64,000 nt of DNA, from contig VJWM01000025.1 in NCBI GenBank assembly GCA_010909165.1, positions 868,001-932,000 of the forward strand, written 5' to 3'. Under the pieces are notes generated by a model, which saw only the letters and a program-made list of their open reading frames with translations, made no database searches and was not told where the DNA came from. The position numbers were made by a program, and so were the translations under genes. The stretch is from Anthoceros angustus. Taxonomy: Eukaryota > Plantae > Anthocerotophyta. Shown here piece after piece: positions 49,778 through 61,183 of the stretch (the stretch's first letter is position 1; every line of letters starts with the position of its first letter).

Positions 49778-50824
49778 CAAATAAAGTTGTGTGTGTATTG
49801 TATCTTCAGCTCCGGTGGTTAGTAAGTCCTTCCATACTCCAGACTATGACATCTTGGAAGCGATTGGTAGCTTCAGAGTAGATGTTCGGGGGCCTAATCC
49901 CCTAGGCCGGACCCTCAAGAAGGTTGTTCCCATCGCCCCAATGTACATGGGACTTCACTTTTACAATAAAACGAGTGGATATTGTTTAGTGGGAAGGAAG
50001 CTTTATTTTATACACATAGAAGGGATGACCTCATCTACCCTCACACGATAATGGAGGAAGGTAATGGTCATTGTGAAGAGGACTAGGATTATGCTTTATA
50101 AAAATTGGACCGAGAACCTCATATCAAAGCCTTGTATATCATGTTTCATCCCTAGCCAGAAGCCATGATTGAGATGTTGAGGACTTATATTGTTGAAATC
50201 CACCAATTTTATTTGATACACAGAAGATGAGATGCCCTCATCTATGTGAGGAAGATCTTGCAGGTCATCTTATGATGAAAAGCTATCCTTCCAAAATACT
50301 AGATAGAAAATCTCGTATCGCCCCTTGCTACCTCGAGCTCTCGTGACTAGGAAAGAGAGCCATACTCTATGCTTGTTTAAGTGATAAACCTTGGCACATG
50401 CCTTCATCGTTTATGAAAAGTTTCCGTGTACAAAATTTCATACACTTCAAATCACCTCAACCTTGCGCTAGTCTTGCAGGGAGGGTTTACTAGAAGTGGG
50501 AATGTGCCCTCAAAAATCTCAGAATGAGCTCCACGAATACTATCCCGGGGTTCAGAAAGAAGCGATCGTAAATATTGTGGAAGTAATCTCACATAACCTT
50601 AGCAAATATGCAAGAGCAATTGAATGAATTAGGTAAGAACAAAATTGTTTTCAAATACAACTGTATCTTGAGTAAACCCTAAAATCATATATTAAACTAT
50701 CAGGTTAACTAAGCTAGGGTTGATTAGATAACCGCAACATCAATAGATCAAATTCATCTTGCTTGATGAATACGAATACAATCTAATTTTTCTTTGGATA
50801 AAAAAAGTGAATTCAAATATGTCA

Positions 50825-50996
50825 ATCCCAGCTTTTTTTCGGCAACGGGTGCCCATTGCTCTCCAACGGGCATTCGCAGGCGTAGTTCTCAGAATGGCTA
50901 CGATAATAGGTGATACATCCTTCACATCCTCCAGTGTATGTAGGTCTTACTATCTGCCTAGTCATGATATCATAAGAATTATAGACGATTTTAGGT
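50825..50996 (+). mobile_element. Short relic of the same CRE-like LINE family as 34376-35128
   Basis: FFRQRVPIALQRAFAGVVLRMATIIGDTSFTSSSVCRSYYLPSHDIIRIIDDFR aligns to YFRRRVSIALQRALSTAILHKAATVGDASSSTSVVCRPFILPVYDIVGAVGDFR. Confidence 0.8.
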
Positions 50997-51825
50997 TCAT
51001 TGGGTTAGTTAGCCTTTCAAAGATAGCTGAGCTCACGCCATCTCTTGCCCCCTTAATAAAGTCTCAACTTTCATTGTTCCCCAAATGAAAAGTGAGTGAC
51101 TAGGTGGGATTTGAATTTTATCAAACTAATAAATCAGTAACCCTAAAAAATGTCTGATTGTCTATTTTGGCTAACTATGTAGGTGCTACCTACGTATACA
51201 TGCACATAATTCTTGGAGAAACAGCATGGTGTCTAGTATGTAGGTATATTCGAGGTGGTAAGGCGATAACAAGCGAAGCCCACCAATAGCAACTGCGGGG
51301 GGTTCCTGGAAGGCGCGCCGCTTCGAGATAGGAGGCAGAAATTATTGGTCTAGAAGAGAGGGTGGGCGGGCCCAAAAGGTACATACGAGGAGCGAGGCCA
51401 GCCCCAAGGTCGGTGTTGGTTGTTAGCGGGTACTACACCACCACCACCTACAAATGTACCCTCGGTGCGAGGACCCGAGCGAGTCGTGAGACGTTTGAGT
51501 CGCGAGTCGTGACCAGTTTGAACCTTTCTTCGCAGCCTCGCCTTCTCCTCTCTGGCGTCTGGCTGGCTCGCTGGCTCGCTGGCTGGCCGCCTGTCTCTCT
51601 TCCTGTGCTTCCTTCAACCTTCCAGGCCTGCTTGCCACGCCCCTTCCTTCCCCCACTCGCTGCGTTCCTTGCTCGCTTCCTGCGCCTCATCCATTCCGGC
51701 CCTGCCTGCAGTGCTGCTTCCCGCCCCCCGGTCGAGCCTAGCTGCGGATGGGCCTTGCGCGGTCCCGGAAACACACCTTGTGTTGCGCCTCTTGTTGCTG
51801 TTGCTAGCTCGCCCGCCATGGACGC

Positions 51826-53559
51826 ATGATGATGGCCGCCGGTACCTACATCACGCAGCCTACCAGTGTGCTAGAAGCAGGTTATTTCCAGTGCCACGCC
51901 AGGAGCTCTGCCGGCCCTTCCCGCCCCCGGTGTTCAGAAGACGAGGACGCTGGCGCTACCATGGAGATGCCGGGCAGGTGGCCCCACGAGGTAGGGATGC
52001 CGGAGCCGGATTTGTGTGTTTGCGGCTGTGTCTTGCTTGGCTCCGGCGTGATGCGGAGTCCTGTGCCTACAGGTGCCCGAACAATCTAAGGTTTCCGACA
52101 GCGATGGTAGCCCTGAGGCTGGCTTGCCTCAATTCATGCCGCTCGTCCGCTCGGGATGGTGGTCGGAGATAGGATCTCGGCGGTGTATGGAAGACGCGCA
52201 CGTGTGTATTGATGATTTGGATCAGCATCTTGGCACTATTTTTATAGGGCAAAGCCCTGGTGCCTTTTACGGGGTAAGCCCTTGGATTCCTCCCCTTTCT
52301 TCTCCTTCTCTTTGCCTTGAGCTCCGCCGACCGTCGTAAGGGGCAGCAGAATTCAGCCCGGCTGGCTCTCTCCGGGCATTCATGTTGTTAGGAAACCCTT
52401 GCTTGCAACGGATGCGACGAGGTAAGTGTGAGCCGTCGGTTGAAGCAATGTATGTAAAAATTCGACGACACTTCTATTGTCCTTGCTCCGGATACCTTGA
52501 CCAGTGGGGGTTAGGGTCTGGCCTGGGTAGTTGCTTCAGCTTTGGAGACCCTGGGTTACTCGTTGCCAGAGGTCCTCTTAAGCACCTTGCTGGTGGATGC
52601 AGGATTTTGAGGATGGTTCTTTGGTTTGTTAACTGCCAGGTTTTCGATGGACATGGGGGCAAGGATGCTGCCAATTTTGTAAGGGAACATTTGCTAAGAT
52701 TTATTGTGGAGGATGTGGCTTTTCCAGCAGCGGTCGATCAAGCTGTTAGGCATGCCTTCCTACGAGCTGATCACGCATTTGCCCAGGCATGTATGAATGA
52801 CCAAGGGCTTGCATCCGGAACAACCGCCTTAACTGCTTTGATCTTTGGCAGGTACGTCTGGGAACCCCTCTCTTTCAAATTGTGTTCTGAAGGTTGTGAT
52901 TTTTCCCGCAAGGCAGCCATCATTCTTTACGGGTGTAAGTCACTGTGATTACTGAATGGCATCCCTTTCTCGTGGGTCTGTTTTGCAGGACACTGCTGGT
53001 AGCAAATGCGGGAGACTGCAGGGCTGTCTTGTCCAAAAGGGGGAAAGCTGTCGAAATGTCTAGAGATCACAAGCCTTGCTGTTCTGTGGAACGGAGTCGC
53101 ATTGAGGCATTGGGTGGCTTTGTGGATGACGGATACCTGAATGGACAGCTAGCTGTTGCTAGGGCACTTGGGGACTGGCATATGAAAGGCTTGAAGGAGC
53201 CCGGAGTAGACGGGCCGCTTAGTGCCGAACCTGAATTGCAGCAGGCTGTCTTGACTGAGGACGATGAATTTCTCATCATCGGTTGCGATGGCTTGTGGGA
53301 CGTATTTAGCAGTCAGAATGCTGTTGACTTCGCCCGGAAGAAGCTCCAGCTGCACAACGATCCAGAACGTTGCTCCAGGGAGCTGATAGATGAGGCGATT
53401 AGGCGGGAGACAGGTGACAACCTGACAGTGGTCACTGTCTGCTTTCAAAAGCAAGCGCCTCCGAATTTGGGAGTCTGGAGACGGAAGGGAGTTACCAAGA
53501 GCATTTCCGTGGAAGGCCTGCGGAATTTGCAACTTCTCTTGGACAACAACGACCATTAA
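51826..53559 (+). CDS. Protein phosphatase 2C (clade G-like), 4 exons
   Basis: Exons 51826-51990, 52073-52273, 52640-52851 and 52989-53559 join in frame. Motifs [60 protein letters not shown]. Confidence 0.95.
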
Positions 53560-54834
53560 TCTGGTCCAATACGACGACGACAACACTGTACTACCCTCAG
53601 CATTGATCTACACTTAGGTTTGTTAGGTTTGTCATGATTTTTTACTCAACAGGCCCTGCATCTTATGCTTGAGCCCGTGAGCACCACTTGTGTGTGAGAG
53701 AGTCCTGTCACCACGTGCCTGTTTGCAACCTGAGAATCTGGTTGCAGATCAAGTCAGGGGACAGGCGGTGATTTTTGCGGGAAGGTTGATATTGGCACGC
53801 AAGCCACAAAGGAACTTGCTCATTTTTGATCTAGACTACGTCTGGAAGCTTTCTGCCGTAGACGTCTCTCTGCGGTGACGTGTCTTGCTGCGCTGGATCT
53901 CCATGCACTGAAGATTATCCAAGTCACTTATTTTGTTAGTACCCAGCTGATGGCAGTACTGACACGTTACGTCTGGCGTGGCTGTCTGATACGCGTTTGC
54001 TGCATGTGGTCTCACTATCTTGACACGTAGCATGTGTCTTGAGATAAATGTATTGTATGATGGTTTCAAGTACAAGCTGAGAAATGTCTCAGCGAGCTTT
54101 GAATAACAATTTGCAACACGGATCCTTTTCTGCTCCTGTTCTTTCTGCTCACCCAATATCAACGCTCTTCCACATGTTCCTTGTCCCTTATTCAGGAAGG
54201 GATGGTCCCGCCCAGGGCGTGGCAATGGAATGGTTTGCATGGACACTGGACAGTTCACGGCACAGGGACACAAGTGGCCCAATATCAGCAGTAGTTAGGT
54301 CAGAGGCTATGAAAACCCTAACAGTTGATGCATCAAACAAGGCAGTCTTCCTCGAACTGCAAGCAACTCACGATCAGATTAAACATGTACAGATGGAACC
54401 ACATCAGATTCTCCACGGTCATTGCCAATCACAATGAAACCGTTTGGACACAATTACATACTGGCTGCATGCCAGAAATTCGCTACACTGAACCTATTCT
54501 TACATAGAGAGAAAAAATGAGCTGTCCCAGCGTGGATGCTTCAGAAGGTGGACTGCGAAAGTAGGCCACTGCGGTCGTCGAAGGCACATCTCATTGATTG
54601 CTTCATGGTACGACCCAGCCTGAGACAGAAAAATAAAGCTGGATAAGAACATCTAGTTGGGTGCCCCTGAATTCGATGGGCCTTTTCTTGTAAATCTGAG
54701 CTGGCTTACCGGCCACCCCGAGGAAACAAATCAAGCCCGTCCAGCTAGCAGCTATGGCACTAATGCTCACAAAAAGGCCTTGAACCAGACCCAAAATCTC
54801 TTGATAAGTGCTCCTTGACAAGTGCTTGACTAGG

Positions 54835-55015
54835 GATCGGAGATTTGACTCGGCTGAGAGCACGACAGCATTCATAGGCACCACAACCTTTACAACAACT
54901 TGCAACTCCGCCTCATTAATAGCCTGCTGCACATTCTTCAAGGCAGGTAGGACCAAGTGCACAAACTGGTTGCCATAGCCTGCCAAAAATGGCTCGTTCC
55001 CTATTGCAACATACC
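54835..55015 (-). pseudogene. beta-1,3-glucanase (GH17) fragment
   Basis: YVAIGNEPFLAGYGNQFVHLVLPALKNVQQAI..VKVVVPMNA; no remainder of the gene recognisable. Confidence 0.75.
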
Positions 55016-56803
55016 CAAGAACAAGAGTCCATCTAGTTAAGCACGACTGGTGAGCCAAACAACAGCAGAACAAGGTGGGCTACCACGATGACGCAACCCA
55101 TCAACAGGGACGACTTTCCCTTCACCCCAACAAACCAAGCTATGGCTGTGCAGGCAATCTCATGAACGGCACTGCGAGGAGCGCGAGGAAGGCCTGTGGT
55201 GGATATCGGATCAGGTAAGCAGGAGCCGGGACACTGGGAAATCTGAAGGAAAGAATGATCGGATAATTGTGTTGTGCCCTTGGGGGCTTACGTACTGTCT
55301 CATACGAAGAGGTGTGTCTCTTCGTGCAGGCAAGTCCTCTAGCATGCTAGTCTGTCCTAATCTAACACTCCCCTCACACTACATACGTTCAGGGTGATGG
55401 ACTATCCTGACTAGGATGTGCACGGACCCTAACAGGCTGCACTAGACATGTGCAGTTTAGCCATCGCACATGTCTGCACAGTGCAGACATGTGCGATGCT
55501 GTCTGCCTCTTAGATCCTCAATCCATGGCAGCATCACAAAGCGCCGGCTGTCCCTGGACTCTGTTTGTGACGTGGTGGGTCAGGAATGACAAACTATCCT
55601 TGGAGAAGGGACCGAGCATGAGGAAAAGACTGGTCAGCCGTTCGCAGCAGGAACGTTAACTCGAAGCTCTGATGCCATTTCTCACACTCAAGGAAAAACA
55701 GGACTGGCCATGGTTAGCCTCTAGCACAACCAAGGTAAACGTTTGCATTTTCCGGTTACGGAAACGGTGTGCTTCCTTGTCACAATCTATTACCACGCAC
55801 CGCAAGGAATATACGTGTTGCACTTCCTGGATGATCTGAGCCTTAGGCTTGGGACCTCCATTGACTGACACTTCTTCGTTGTTGGCTGTTTTGCAGATGG
55901 ACATTCCCGCTGCTGGCTGTTCACTTCGGGGTGTGTACTCTTCGACTCTTTTTATGAGGGTTGTTAGTAGGTCTCTTTCGGCCGTTGAGCAGTCCATCAA
56001 CAGTCTTTTGCACCACAGCATTTCTGAAAGAGGAGGACTCAGACTTCTTCATTCAGTGCCAGACAAAGGACTGGTGTAGACACGGTGGCGACTCTGATGA
56101 CCACGCCAGAGTTGCTTGTGGAATGCCAGGGCAACATCCAAGCCAGGTTGGCTGATGCTCAGTGTTGGTGCAATTGCAAACCGGAACCTGCAAACAGTGG
56201 AAACGCTGCAGCGAAGCGGCCACGCGTAGAGGAGGGCGAGCCTGATGGCAGCAGAGGGTTGAAGGTCGCATTGTTGGATTCGGGGAATGGAGAGAAAGCA
56301 CAGGCTATCTATGTCTGTTGTCGCTGCTCCCGGCGAGAAGGCGTCGCTCGGGGACGATCAGCCTGCTGCCACTTGTAACTTGTACCGGACGGAGGACGGG
56401 GAGAGGCGTCTCGGCTGTCGGCCTTGCGGGCAGCCGCAAGCCTGGCCATGGGTGACATGGAATGGCCAAGTCGTCCCTGATTGTTCCACACTTGGGAAAG
56501 GGCTGGCCAGTAGTATCAGTGCAAGTGATGGAGGAAGCTTGTTGCAGCATCGCAGAAGCCAGGATTGGCGCCAGCGCCAAAGCTTCCGCTGTTTTTGGCT
56601 TCGTTTGCGGTAGCCGGCAACGCGTCTTGTCCTCCACGCAGGCCTTCGGTATTACGCTTGTTAGCAATAGAAGGGAAACAACACAGAGAAAAAGAGAAAA
56701 GAAGACGAAGAATACATTATAGTCCACTTGAATACAAGGGAAACAATACAGAGAAAAAGAAGAAGAAGAATATATTAAATTATAGTAGTGCACTTGGACG
56801 GCA

Positions 56804-56982
56804 TTTTCCTGTGATGGGACTTCGTGGTACTTAACAACTTGCACCATGGTGACTGGAATTTTCCTGTCATGGGACTTCGTGGTACTTCACAACTTGCACC
56901 ATGGTGTGTCTAAGCAACTTGCACCATGGTTTGTGTCTAAGCAACTTGCGCCATGGTGTGCGTCTAAGCAACTTGCACCAAG
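56804..56982. repeat. Compound tandem repeats (55-bp x2, then ~25-27-bp x3)
   Basis: TTTTCCTGT(G/C)ATGGGACTTCGTGGTACTT(A/C)ACAACTTGCACCATGGT twice, then GTCTAAGCAACTTGC(A/G)CCA units. Confidence 0.85.
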
Positions 56983-57785
56983 GGCATCCACTTCCTTTGG
57001 GCACCCCACCAAAGTACCGATGAAGCGCATGATGCTTGACAATGGCGTTCTTATAAATGTGTGCCCACTTGGCCCAAGCCATTTTGGAAGACCTCGCCTT
57101 GGGGAGCCAGCATGTTCAGGCTCAACTAGCCTGGCAAGCAGCCTCCTATTTCCAAACGTTTCCCTACTCTTAGCCACACATTTGTTTCGTCCCAAATATC
57201 CCGAGCCAACCCATATGAACTAGACGTTTGGATTGCTCAAGAGGTTCACAACTCAATCCACAGACCATGCACGGCCGTGGCTCTTTGCCTGTTCCTTTAC
57301 TCCTACAACATCTTGGTAGCTTCTCCCTCATGAAGCCTTCAGTCGCACCACGAGGCACCCGGTGGTACAGGCGTGCACCGGGCTTTCACTTTTGCCCAAG
57401 AGAACGTACCGAATGACGCTTGAAAGCTCTCGAGTCCCTTAAATCTGAGATGCAGGAACAATTGCAGAAGATGGCAACAACAACAGAGGTTCAAGTTATT
57501 TAAACCCTTCCAACCGAGGTTCTGAAAAGCTGGCAAAAGCTCATGGGACCAAAGAAATACTGACCGTTCATGGTAACTCGCTTGCTGCCAGCTCCAGAGA
57601 ACCCATCAATTGCTAGCCATCCAAGCAAAGAGGTTTCAGCAGAGGAACTGAAGGCTCCAACAGACATTTGAGCTGCTGTATCGTGCTTTTAGTGCAGCAA
57701 CACAAGTCTTACAGCTCCAAATTTTGACCTGCCAGAGAGCTCCTTTGAATGGCAGACGCAAGTGCTCCAGGACGGCCTCCATGTC

Positions 57786-60784
57786 CTACAACTTTGATTT
57801 GCTTGCCTTGGCCCTAGTTTTAACTGGAGGCTCATTCTTTGGAGGCTCATTCTTCGGAGGCTCACTCTTCGGAGGCTCACTCTTTCCTGTCAAAAAAGCC
57901 TCGATGGTCGTAAACAGTGGCCATTCTTTCGTGGAGGCAGATGCACCAGCAGTCCCTTGCTCAGCCTTCAGCCTCTCATACTTCTTAAGCAAGGATGCCC
58001 ACATCGATTTACATTGGTCAGGAGTTCGATTCAGACCCTGCTCGCCCAGGGCAGCTGAAACATCAATCCACAAGCCTCTTTTCGCTCTCGTGCGGTTGAC
58101 CTGCCACTCCATGCTACTGCGCACTTGGAATAGCAACGTAGCCTCCTCGGTGGTCCACCTCTGTCGCTTTTTCACTTCAGTCTTCGCTTTGGTTGACGAC
58201 TTCTCTGCAGCCTCATCTGTTTCTTCATCTGATGACTGTTCATCTAACTTACTACCTGCCGCCCGATCCTCGGCCGCTAGTAGCACTCTTCCAGCCTCAT
58301 GATCCGCTCCAAGCAAAGGTACCTTCTCCCCAGCCTCACCATCAATCCGGAGCACAGGTACCTCCTCAATCAGTTCCGGTACCTCCTCAACACGTTCTAT
58401 CACACTAGTCACATCATCTGTGAGAATACCCAGGGGCTCCTCCTTCATGGCCTCGAGTAAGGAAGCTGCTCCTTTCTCTCCATCTGCTGTTACAGAGAGA
58501 GACTCTTGTTGGGTGACAACCTCCGAGACCACTGAGCTGAGCACAGCCACTTCATCTTGGGTAATCCTTGAGACAACTTCAGTGTGCTTGTCTTCAATCC
58601 TTACTTCATCCACTCTATCGACACCGCTTGATGCCTTGGAGCGCCCTACTGCAATAACAACAACATCTGGCCTACGATTGCTGAACTTCTGCACCACCCT
58701 TCGCAACACATTGCCAATAGTTCTCTCCACAGTTATGAGAGAGGTATCAGCAGAACAACTTGCCAAGGCCACATCAGCTGCTTTGTACAGGAGATCCATT
58801 AGCTTTCCACCATCAACCCAAAGACACCTTGTAATTATCCGGACACGGCCCCTCATGCCCACTGCCGATGAATCGTGGCCCTTTCGTCTCTTGGATTCAT
58901 CATGATTGTAAACCTCTACACTGGCAAAGACAATGCCTTCTTGAGCAATGTGCAGTCGCTCATCCACACAAAGATCCGAAGCTGTCCCAAACGCTCTCTG
59001 ACCATCGTTGTACATAAGCTTCAATTTCTGCTGGCCAAGGGCAGAGAATCCACTGGACAGGACCTTTCCATTTCGAAGAGGAGCAACCCCAAGCATTTCG
59101 CCATTTTTTATGACGGTGGTATGCCTGATGCCCGTCGACTTGCCAAGCAGCTCGTGCTCCTTCATGAATGCATACTCCCCGTGAATTGGCAAGAAGTGTT
59201 GGGGCTTCACAAGCCTCAAAGCCTCCTCCAGTTCCCCACGATAAGCATGCCCCGAAGTGTGCAAATTGTCGCCTCTTCCCATGATAATAGTTGGCCCCAG
59301 CTCAGCGATGCGGTTCATCATCTTCACCACCCGCGTCTCATTCCCTGGAATCATTTTGGCAGAGTAGAGCACCACATCATCCTTATTCAACTTGAGAGCC
59401 CGGCTGCCGCCATACGAGGCCAGATTCAAAGCTGCCCGAGGCTCAGCCTGGGAGCCCGTGGTGACAATGACCAGGTCTCGGGGGGAGTACAAACCAATGT
59501 CTTCCGACTTCACCAGCAGCGAGGGATCAAAGGGGGCCTGACCATCCTTAAACGCCGCATCGAAGTATGTCTTGAGCGACAATCCCAAAAAGACGAGCTT
59601 CCGTCCAGCAGCCTGCGCAGCTGCAAACACGCTGCCAAGACGGTGCACATTGGATGCAAACTGCGTGGTAATGACCCGACCCTTGGCAGAGGTGATTTTC
59701 CGCATCAACGCCTCTGCCACGTCCGTCTCACTGGTGGTGCGGCCCTGAGACAGCACATTGGTAGAATCGCTCATCATCAGAGTAACACCCTCCTTAGCCA
59801 GCTGCTCCAATGCGACACGATCAAAAACCTTGCCATCCACGGGGGACTCATCAATCTTCCAGTCGCCTGTATGAAAAATGGTGCCATCCTGGCATCGCAG
59901 CACCAGCCCGCAACAATCGGGAATGGAATGCGTAACCCTAATCGGCTCTACCTCAAAGGGGCCTGCCTGAAACCTCTTATGCATACTCACAATCTTACAC
60001 CTAGATCCAGGATGAATGCTGTACTCCTTGAGCCGCTTCACAATGAGCTGCATAGTGAATCCCGTTGCGTAAATCGGGGTCTTCGAATCCAAGGCCGGGA
60101 TAACCCAAGGCAACGCACCAATGTGATCCTCATGGCCGTGCGTGATGATAACCGCCTCGATCTTATCCCGCCACCGCCGAATGAAGTTAGTGTCAGGTAG
60201 AACTCGCTGAACTCCCAGCTCATCGTAGTCAGGAAACATGAGCCCGGCATCGATCATTATATACCTGTGCAACGCACATTCCTCATCACAAACAGAACAG
60301 AAAAAGGAACATTGACAGCGCCAAATCCAATCCAATCCATCAGTCACACATACCTGTCATAGTTTCCGACAAGCATACAGTTCATCCCGATTTCCCCCAG
60401 CCCGCCTACAGGGAGAATGCGCAGCGGGGGGCCTTCCCTGCCTTCGTGGAACTCCTTGAGCTTGCGGTGCACTGCGTCATCCAAGCTGTGGCCCGCGCCT
60501 TCCCCCTTGGATGTCCGTTTCCCCCCACGCCGCCGGGACGCCGACGCGGTGGAGCAGCTCACACACAACCTCCTTTCTCTGCTGCAGTTGCTGCTGCTGC
60601 TGGCGCTGGCGCTGCTGGTCGGACACAAGAAGATGGTGTCCCATTGCTGCCTGCGCAATGCGCAGCTGCTGCTGCTGCTGCTGGCGCTGCCGAGACGCAT
60701 CTCAGCGTCGCTAGGGCGGCAGCCATGGCCATGGCCAGGCCGCCTGCAATCGCCTGCTACCAGAGGCAGGCAGGAAGAATTCAT
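57786..60784 (-). CDS. RNJ: Chloroplast ribonuclease J (metallo-beta-lactamase/beta-CASP) with C-terminal GT-1-like trihelix domain
   Basis: Exons 60784-60354 and 60264-57786 (89-nt intron). [42 protein letters not shown]; C-terminal [21 protein letters not shown]. Confidence 0.96.
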
Positions 60785-61183
60785 GGCCAGCGCTGGCTGG
60801 CGGGCTGGCTCGCCGCTCTCTCTGGAATAGCTGGCTGCTCGCTTCGCTGTCCTAGGGAAGGGAAAGGCGGAAAGGGCCGTGCATTTCTACTTAACGCATT
60901 TAGGATATTTCTTTAAAACGCTATCCACAACATCTATTACCCCCGTGGCCGTCTGGTACACCTAGTATCTTGAGTCGCACAAATATCTTGGGATCAGTAT
61001 GGGATATTTCGCCGACACAGTCTTGATACAATCAATCTACACAGAACAGAAGCAAGCTCATCGTTTTCGAATTCGTGAATCGTGACATTACTGAATCAAG
61101 TGATGAGGGTGCTGTGAGAACAGGATTGCTGGGTTCAGTTGTATGTACATGTGATAGGGCAGAGGGCTGATGTGCTGTTGATC

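Noticed and set aside
58875-60200. 441-aa plus-strand ORF
   Set aside because: Antisense to RNase J, with no recognisable motifs.
60265-60347. ORF-track N-terminus [13 protein letters not shown] of the 853-aa ORF
   Set aside because: Intron sequence; the real N-terminus is exon 60784-60354.
60940-60967. CCCCGTGGCC..CTAGT resembling a Helitron end
   Set aside because: No proper hairpin and no supporting element body.
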